From positions 62,001 through 126,000 of the forward strand of contig NW_021833893.1 of assembly GCF_006345805.1 (NCBI RefSeq): a stretch of DNA of 64,000 nucleotides. The letters are read 5' to 3'. Below the pieces are notes generated by a model. That model was not told the origin of the DNA. It saw only the letters and a list, made by a program, of their open reading frames with translations, and made no database searches. Shown here one piece after another: positions 55,857-64,000 of this stretch. Source of the DNA: Octopus sinensis (lineage: Eukaryota). The first letter of the stretch is position 1. Every line of letters starts with the position of its first letter. The translations under genes were made by a program, and so were the position numbers.

Positions 55857-56223
55857 CTGGGAGAGACAAATATACACGAGGCGTCTGTATCGATGCCTCC
55901 GGAATATCTGTCTTAAAATTTTCAAGACCGACGTATTCGCGCCAAACTTAGCAGTAAATATAAACTGCCGATTCAATCTCAGAATTATTCAGGAAATTAT
56001 CAATTAGTCAATTTAGGGTAGCAAAAAATTCAATAGAAATTTATCGCTACCAGCAGCCTAGTGGAAAAGAGAAAATAGTCAAAGACTAAATATATAAATA
56101 TAACAATTTAGGAGTGACCCTTAACAGGCCATTCGTCCACCAGAAAGAGCAGCCATAACTCACACCGCCAAGTAGTAGTAATTCAGAAATTAGGTGAAAA
56201 TTTAAAACCATTTACCCTAATTC

Positions 56224-56327
56224 ATCTTTTAGACGATGCATCGTTTCTGTGTTATTAATGATTAAATTAGCTTAATTAAATTAAATTAAGCTAATCTACC
56301 ATAGGTCACACTTCATCAGTAAAAAAC
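56224..56327 (-). ncRNA. Type I hammerhead ribozyme, copy 2
   Basis: Identical to copy 1, offset by 471 bp (C17 at 56232). Confidence 0.75.
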
Positions 56328-56693
56328 CTGGGAGAGACAAATATACACGAGGCGTCTGTATCGATGCCTCCGGAATATCTGTCTTAAAATTTTCAAGACC
56401 GACGTATTCGCGCCAAACTTATCAGCAGTAAATATAAACTGCCGATTCAATCTCAGAATTATTCAGAAAATTATCAATTAGTCAATTTAGGGTAGCAAAA
56501 AATTCAATAGAAATTTATCGCTACCAGCGGCCTAGTGGAAAAGAGAAAATAGTCAAAGACTAAATATATAAATATAACAATTTAGGAGTGACCCTTAACA
56601 GGCCATTCGTCCCCCGGAAAGAGCAGCCATAACTCACACCGCCAAGTAGTAGTAATTCAGAAATTAGGTGAAAATTTAAAAACATTTACCCTA

Positions 56694-56699
<6 letters not shown>

Positions 56700-56725
<26 letters not shown>

Positions 56726-56726
56726 T

Positions 56727-56765
<39 letters not shown>

Positions 56766-57002
56766 TTGTGTGTCTGCGTTTGTTCCTCCAACATTGCTTG
56801 ACAACCGATGCTGGTGTGTTTACGTCCCCGTAACATAGCGGTTCGGCAAAAGACACCGATAGAATAAGTCCTAGGCTTACAAGGAATAAGTCCTGGGGTC
56901 GATTTGCCTGGCCACAGTTCAAATGACTGAAAGCAGTAAAAGAGTAAAGAGTAGACATACATACATACATATACGTGTGTGTGTGTGTGTGTGGTGTGTG
57001 TT

Positions 57003-57036
<34 letters not shown>

Positions 57037-57262
57037 GTGTGTGTGTGTGTGTGTGTTTGTGTGTCTGCGTTGTTCCTCCAACATTGCTTGACAACCGATG
57101 CTGGTGTGTTTACGTCCCCGTAACATAGCGGTTCGGCAAAAGACACCGATAGAATAAGTCCTAGGCTTACAAGGAATAAGTCCTGGGGTCGATTTGCCTG
57201 GCCACAGTTCAAATGACTGAAAGCAGTAAAAGAGTAAAGAGTAGACATACATACATACATAT

Positions 57263-57305
<43 letters not shown>
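56700..57305 (+). repeat. Tandem duplication (about 290 bp) of a microsatellite plus SINE family B tail
   Basis: About 56770-56980 is nearly identical to about 57060-57270. Confidence 0.88.
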
Positions 57306-57306
<1 letters not shown>

Positions 57307-57919
57307 ATACACCTTTCACAACAATTGTGTTAAAAACTTTGAAGTTTGTTTACTCCTTTGATCATTTTCCGAATTAAATGCTTATTAAATGCTTAAAACA
57401 TATTTTGTCGTCGTAAGATTGTAGCCACGCACAAAATTGCAGTTTCCAAATCCTGTTTTCCAAGTAAAAATTATCAAACTTTAAATCTGTAACTTTAAAA
57501 AAAATAAATTCTGGAACAAGTGAGATTCAGCGTGAAAAATTGCATCAATGCACCAAATTTTAAAATTTTCACTTAATTTTATAATTTCAAAAAGTGTCAT
57601 ACTTTTGTGAATCATTGTACTCTAATAGAATTTGTAAAATCGAAGCACTGTGCAAATCTTACCAGCCATCACCTGACGAAAGTAATTCGTACAGAACTGA
57701 CTATATACAAGCCAAACTTTCAGAGGCTATAGAGGTTTAAATTTTATAATTTTTACCTATCAGTAAAGAGGATTTCGAAGTTAGCATTTTATGAGTGATG
57801 AAAGTAAATATTACAAACGAAGTTTTAAAGAAAATGAGGGCAATGCGTGAGAGATAATACATATACAGAGAGTGAGTAACTGAGAGAGGGAGAGAGAAAC
57901 AGGGAGAAAGTGAGAGAGA

Positions 57920-57966
<47 letters not shown>

Positions 57967-58577
57967 CGAGAGAGAAAGATGAACAGTGTGGTAAATATAT
58001 GGAGAGAAGGTAAGGTGTAAAAGAGAGAGACCATGATGGCGACAGATAGAGAGTGGGAGATTTGTCGATATAAAAGTTGTCATTTCTCGTAGCAAATTAT
58101 ATTTTTTTATTATCATTTATGAGCAATCTCCTTGAGCCGCAGATTTCGAAGATCAAATTCGTTTCCGTTGAGGACGCACAGTTTCAGAGCCTTTCAGAGC
58201 CTTATATTTGTTATATTAAGTGACTTTTATAAAATATTACAAGTTTCGATGTGTATGTCCATTTTATCAAATATTAAAACTTCAACACCTAGAGTTAGGA
58301 AATAGGAATTAAAAATTAGAAATTAAAACTGTTTGTTCTCATATTCCATGAATAGTTAAGAACATGTTCTTAATTATGTACAGAGTATAGCTATGACTAA
58401 GGTACTTTTTTTTACTAAAAAGTTGAGATTCATAAAAATGTTCCTTTCAAGGTTAGAATCAAAGATAAAAACTTTATTTTACGATTAATCAAATTGATTA
58501 ATCAGTTTTAAAGTTAAAGTTAAAAATAAGGTTAAAAGTTAAATTTCTCCAAGAAAAAATTTTTTTTATTACATACC

Positions 58578-58649
<72 letters not shown>

Positions 58650-59299
58650 GTGTGTGTGTATGTATGTATGTATGTATGTATGTAAGTATGTATGTATGTA
58701 GTGATTAAACGTAAATTTGAGACATATTTCTGCTAGTTTTTAGTAGAGCTGTTGTACTGAACTATCACACTGGAGCTACTTTTAGCACTTCCAATGGCTT
58801 CGATGTTGCCACTATGCGCGTCCAGTCATTTGAACACACAAAATTCTAGCATGTCTGTATAGATTTTCCAACTTCAAGGTGCTTTTATCAAAATTAGGTA
58901 ATGATGATCGATACCAACCGCTAATAATAATTGTTTGTATCTTTTTACGATTCATGAATCAGGCCTCTTTAAAGATGGAATTATTTATTACCATCCAATT
59001 GTAAGTGTATATGCTTACAGTTTTAATTATTTGCAACCGTTATTTAGGAATTTTAAATTTACCATTGAAAGTAAGTACTTTTCCTTGCTATTCTTTTCAT
59101 TGTTTCTCAATAATATTTCGGTACATATTTTTTATGTATCGTTTAGATTTTTTTGTTAACTATAATGTAAATTTTTATCTGAAGTTAATTGAATGAATAA
59201 TTTTTTTTTGCCCTTGCGTTGCTGGATCTCTTTGAAGTTGATTGCAGAATTCTTTTGTCTTTGCCATATTGAGCTGCTTAGTTTTGATTATTATTATTT

Positions 59300-60600
59300 T
59301 CATATTCTTAACTCGGATGTCAAAGCCAAAACAAGTCAGAAGGCAAAAGCCCTTGAATTTACAGAGACATTCCCAAAAGAATATGTGTTGAGTCACAATA
59401 ACCAGTTACACTGCAGACTGTGCCTCGTTGATGTCAAATGCAATAAAAGTAATTTTGTTGAGAAGCGTAGAATGAACAAAAGAACCCCCCCCCCACCCAC
59501 AAAAAAAACTATCTCAAGAAGACTGCTAAAAGTGAACAGCCACCAATCAAATCATTTGAATTTACCGAAAGCGATAAATCTTAGGGTGCAATGGTAACCA
59601 AAGGGTGTCTTGAGTCTGACATTTCTTAGCATATGCTCACTAATCCAAGTTTGAAAAATCCTTTGATTCTATCAATAAGCCACTGCCATCTCAATCTACG
59701 TGCCGAAAATATGTTGATATACTTAATGCAAACACGGTTCAAAACTACAAGAGCTGCCTGACTGATTAAAATGTATTTTTAACTACTTATGAACGTGAGA
59801 TCGATGACAAAAAAAATGTAAATATACTTATCGGTTCAGTTAAAAATCCTCAAAAAAGTTCTTAATAGAATGTTTGCTACCCAAAACAACTATAATTGCC
59901 GCAGTCATCGCTAGATCATTGATGATTCACTAAGAAGTGTGGTGGTTTCATTAGAAAACTTTCTACTACTATTGTCTGATGTTCTCGGTATATGGTAGGT
60001 GCTGAAGAAACATTGCAAGTTACGAACCTTAAGCTCTTCTATGTAACCTGCTTCTCCCACCTACTTGCACAAATGTGCTCTAAAAATAAAGGCTTTGTTT
60101 CCTGCAGTCGATTCTCTGATCGCCCTGTATAAAAGAAGCACCGTCGAGAGCAATTGAAAACAATAAGATACCCATCTCAGCCGACTGTGACTAGGTGGGG
60201 TAGCTGGTTGGATGCCTGCACTTACTATGCCAAGAACCTTGCAGAAATTACAAAAATTGTAGAGAGTTTTGAGGACACAGGCATTTTGGTGCAGAGAGTG
60301 AAAGAACCTCATTCAAATCTGCTCATTCAAAACTTCATTCAAATCTTCAGTTCAAACAGTTGATTTTGACAAGTGATATTCACCATCTACGATACTTATT
60401 AAAGCCTCAAAGAACTGAAATTCAACGAAGACTCATGTTCCATCACCAATTACATTGATTTTAGATTTGATAGTCCAATTAATGAACCCCAAAGTTTTAC
60501 TAGCAGAATATGCAAACCTAAAACAATGCCAAAGTGACATCAACTGCTAAAGAATGCAGGTTTTTCATGCTGAAAATATCGTTGCAAAAGACAGATATTT
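59300..60600 (+). mobile_element. Decayed CGGBP-like hAT-related transposase
   Basis: KALEFTETFPKEYVLSHNNQLHCRLCLVDVKCNK (zinc-finger-like); LLLSD..YM; LFYVTCFSH-LHKCALKIK..FPAVDSLI; PTVTRWGSWLDACTYYAKN. Confidence 0.7.
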
Positions 60601-60621
60601 TTTGCCTACAAATATAAAACA

Positions 60622-61936
60622 CTAGCAGAGATACTCGGCGTTGCTCGGGATTAAATGGCACAGTTTTTATATATATTACAGTTATGTTGAAACAGGTGAT
60701 ACGGGAAAGTGCAGTATTGACGACAAAACATTTGTGGAGTAAATTATGGGCTAATTCGACTAAGTGACATGTCATGCATCCGTTTGGAATATTCCGGGCC
60801 CTAACCTGCCATGGAAAACTGAGTGGAGGGGATGTAATTACTTTCGCATGCCATTAGTTTTATTTGGAAACTTTAAAGCTTTGCAGAAAGGACAATTTGA
60901 GTTTATCACTTCAATTTGGACAAAATTATAATTTTTATAAGAACTGGATGGATCATAACTCAAAGCAGCTCCAGGAGTTATGAAGAACCAATTTGTACGT
61001 AGTCTGTTTCTGAGGGCTATTCTATTGCAATTATGTCTAATCATTAAAACGTTGTTTTAATGATTCTGTATTAAGTGCTGATCGGGCGAAAGTCTCATCA
61101 CTCATCTCTCTTGAGACTCCATCTTGAGAAAGTCTCATCTCATTTCTGTGTTGATACTCTATTTGATGTGCGGCAGCATGAGTTTGCTGATCTCCCTTCT
61201 CTCTTGATACTCCATCTGACGTGCTGCAACATGCGTTTGCTGATCTTGAGAAAGTTTCCTCTCCCTTCTTTATTGAGACTCCATCAAACGTGCTGCAGCA
61301 TGCCTTTGCTAATCTTGAGAAAGTTTTATCTCGCTTCTGCCTTGAGACTGCATTTGATGGGCTACAGCATGAGTTTGCTGACACTTAAATGTTAATTTAA
61401 GGGTAAATATGTAAATGTGAATACCATGCAACCTTGCAACTACTGTGATAATTATTAACTGGTAATTGAACAGTAAATGTGTATTTTTTATATATCTTGA
61501 ACCTGCCACCTCATTGCTTTTTGTCAAGAGTTTCCCCTCCAGCCGTTCGTTGTGTCAGTCAACACACATACAGTGGCACGCCATTCTGCTGCCGTGGACG
61601 TAAAGACGGAAAGTTGTCGATGCGTAATGTTGTTCACATTAGGATATAAATTATTCACTTATTTCAGATATAACAGCAATAAAATGATGTTAGTGTTATC
61701 ACATTAGAATAAAAAGTTAAACAATAAAAGTGAAACAATATTATATCAGATTACAATATAGATCTTATTCTTTCACTTTTGACGCGTAATATATGTTTAA
61801 AGTCAAAATGAAAAAAAAATTACATGCTGACATTCACGGGGTCTGATACTATTACCTTGTAAAATTTGATTTGATTTTGTTGAGTTGTTTGAGAATGTAT
61901 AGGGAACAGAGAGACAACAAATTTTATATATGTAGA
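60622..61936 (-). mobile_element. Non-autonomous Helitron (1315 bp) with an internal tandem array
   Basis: Minus strand 5' A|TCTACATATATAAAAT and 3' CCCGAGCAACGCCGAG-TATCTCTG-CTAG|T, i.e. AT target, TC...CTAG ends and an imperfect subterminal hairpin; ~60-70 bp repeats at about 61085-61390. Confidence 0.88.
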
Positions 61937-62531
61937 TTATGTCATATCGTACTATGACAAATTTCCACAATAGTTATGTTTTAAAATTGCTTTGATAATA
62001 CTTATATATCATAAAATAATCAAAATTAGAGTGAACTCCCTAGTGTTTATGGATTTATTAATAATAAGAAGGTTAAAATCTGTCAATAAAGTTAAAATAT
62101 AAGATTAAAATCAAGCAATTCTTTAGGTTAAAAAAATGCCCTAGTTATGACCTATCCAAATTGCCTTAGTTATGACTTACGAAACCGAAACTTAACACGT
62201 GTATGTGACGAGAGAACCGAGTAGGCTATGCTGGGATTGGTTTTCTGCTAAGTATTAGTGAGGTGAGGTAACAAGTACACTTTGATGGTAAGATTGAGTT
62301 TCTAAATGGTATTGAGGTTGTATCAAAAGAATGTAAAATGCTAAATCAAGTCTTTTAACATTAGATTATATAAATCTCATTGGATTATATAAACTACACA
62401 GACCGAACAATACAATCCCCTTGCAAAGCTACTGTTAATTGTATAAACGAGAATATCATCAATTTCTTGGATGGAGAATTTAATCATTTACAAAGGTGTT
62501 CATTTCTACGATACACACATATGCACACACG

Positions 62532-62608
<77 letters not shown>

Positions 62609-62804
62609 AAATACACGTACACATGTGCGAGTTTAGCAATTACGTACATAAGACACATACGCACACATACAGAGGCGCGCGCGCTTTTACAAAATAGGTT
62701 GAGTGTGACTTCGAAGTTTCGTCAGATAGCCAGAGAAAGACGAGCAAGGTGAAACACTCGAGGTCATTATCAATCTTTTTCCTTGTAAAGTTAATAAATA
62801 TTAC

Positions 62805-63060
62805 GAAGATGTACTTGCATAGCAAGTGACCTGATCTGAGATCGTTTACTAAAACAAAAGCACTTGTAGCATGGAAGGTGTTTATAAGCCATTTAAAAAC
62901 ACAAATACCTTTAGATTCACTTCAACATTTAAATTTAATTTGTCTAAATATTTTCATCGCTTTGAGTCAAAATGTTTTCGTCACTGTGAGACTGACAAAA
63001 TTCCGTTTTTGTGTGTTTTTAAATGGCTTATAAATACCTTCCACGCTGCAATTGTTGTTA
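62805..63060 (-). repeat. Interspersed repeat, also present at about 32700-32870
   Basis: AAATGGCTTATAAA(C/T)ACCTTCCACGCTGCAATTG shared; an internal inverted copy lies at 62860-63058. Confidence 0.65.
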
Positions 63061-63139
63061 ATAAATATCCTATTCTCCTGAAAAGTACTGTGTAATCTTT
63101 CAGTTTATTGTCAAACTATTAATATATTTGTGTGTGTGT

Positions 63140-63188
<49 letters not shown>

Positions 63189-63209
63189 GAGTGAGAGAGA
63201 GAGAGAGAG

Positions 63210-63600
63210 GCAAAGACATGGGTGTATGGTTAAGAAGCTCACTTTGCAACCACTTGGTTTCGAGTTCAGTTTCACTGCGCAGCATCTTGAGTAATTAACT
63301 TTTATATCGTCCCAAGCCGTCCAAATGTTTCGTGAGTGAATTTGGTAGATGGAAAGTGTTGAAAGACCGACGTACACACGCACACATATATATATAATTA
63401 TGAATATGTGTCTGTGTGTATTTTTGTACTTCACTACTGCTTATCAACCACTGTTGGTTTCTTCATGTCCCCTTAAATTAGCGGTTCAACAAAAGAGAAC
63501 AACAGAAAAATACCAGACTTAAAAATAATGGGGACAATCTGTTCGATTAAATTCTTCGAGGCAGTGCCCCAGCGCAGCTGGAATCCAATGACTGAAACAA
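63210..63600 (+). mobile_element. Old, degenerate SINE family B copy
   Basis: TGGTTAAGAAGCTCACTTTGCAACCAC...GAGTTCAGT head; tail AGCGGTTCAACAAAAGAG. Confidence 0.6.
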
Positions 63601-63673
63601 ATCTATACAATAAAAACGCATAAGATAAAAAAATATATGTGGGTACACTATATACACACACAAAGACATAAAA

Positions 63674-63755
<82 letters not shown>

Positions 63756-64000
63756 GAGGGAAGGGAGAGAGTACATTCCACATACGGTACTAATCAGGCC
63801 AGACTCACCGCCAGTTCCAGCTGTACCACCACTACCATTCTCCCCCTAACCATACCATAAGCGACTATCACTAATATCGTTATTATCACTACCACTGCCA
63901 GACAGAGGCATGGCGTATTATCAAGTGCATTGACGACAGTCAACTGAAATGAAAGAATGTAGCAACTTCAGCCCTATTCATAGAAGCGTCTGGTTCTATT

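Larger units (their letters stand above)
55630..56695 (-). repeat. Tandem array of a 471/474-bp unit (about 2.26 copies), each full unit with a hammerhead
   Basis: Units start TAACAATTTAGGAGTGACCC at 55630, 56101 and 56575; about 1% divergence; (TA)n on both flanks. Confidence 0.93.

Noticed and set aside
57306-57620. Tc1-like MITE
   Set aside because: The right end is TIR-like but the left end matches too poorly to call.
61085-61390. CRISPR-like repeat-spacer array
   Set aside because: Diverged tandem units without unique spacers, inside a Helitron in eukaryotic DNA.

Overview
AT-rich, microsatellite-dense eukaryotic DNA with no recognisable host gene. The SINE families and simple-repeat profile resemble an octopus/cephalopod genome (inference). 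Nearly all non-simple sequence is nested, decayed transposable elements: Helitrons, mariner, hAT (one CGGBP-like), pogo-like and possibly Merlin-like MITEs, two Gypsy LTR elements, R4/Dong-like RLE retroelements, Tx1-like ORF1/RT pieces, three tRNA-derived SINE families, and many Penelope-like elements (PLEs). Three signals stand out. (1) A 471-bp tandem unit (55630-56695) in which each full copy folds on the minus strand into a type I hammerhead ribozyme inside a hairpin-rich, apparently non-coding monomer: a retrozyme-like circular-RNA candidate. (2) An ORF1-only Tx1-like retroelement inserted in the tRNA-derived head of a SINE, with a related 3' end at the identical SINE nucleotide 19 kb away, suggesting SINE-targeted integration. 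(3) Short MITE-looking foldbacks whose arms are outward-facing hammerhead-bearing repeats, copying the architecture of the near full-length PLE at 47.8-53.4 kb. All folds, alignments and family calls were made by eye; most boundaries are approximate unless a TSD or TIR is given.
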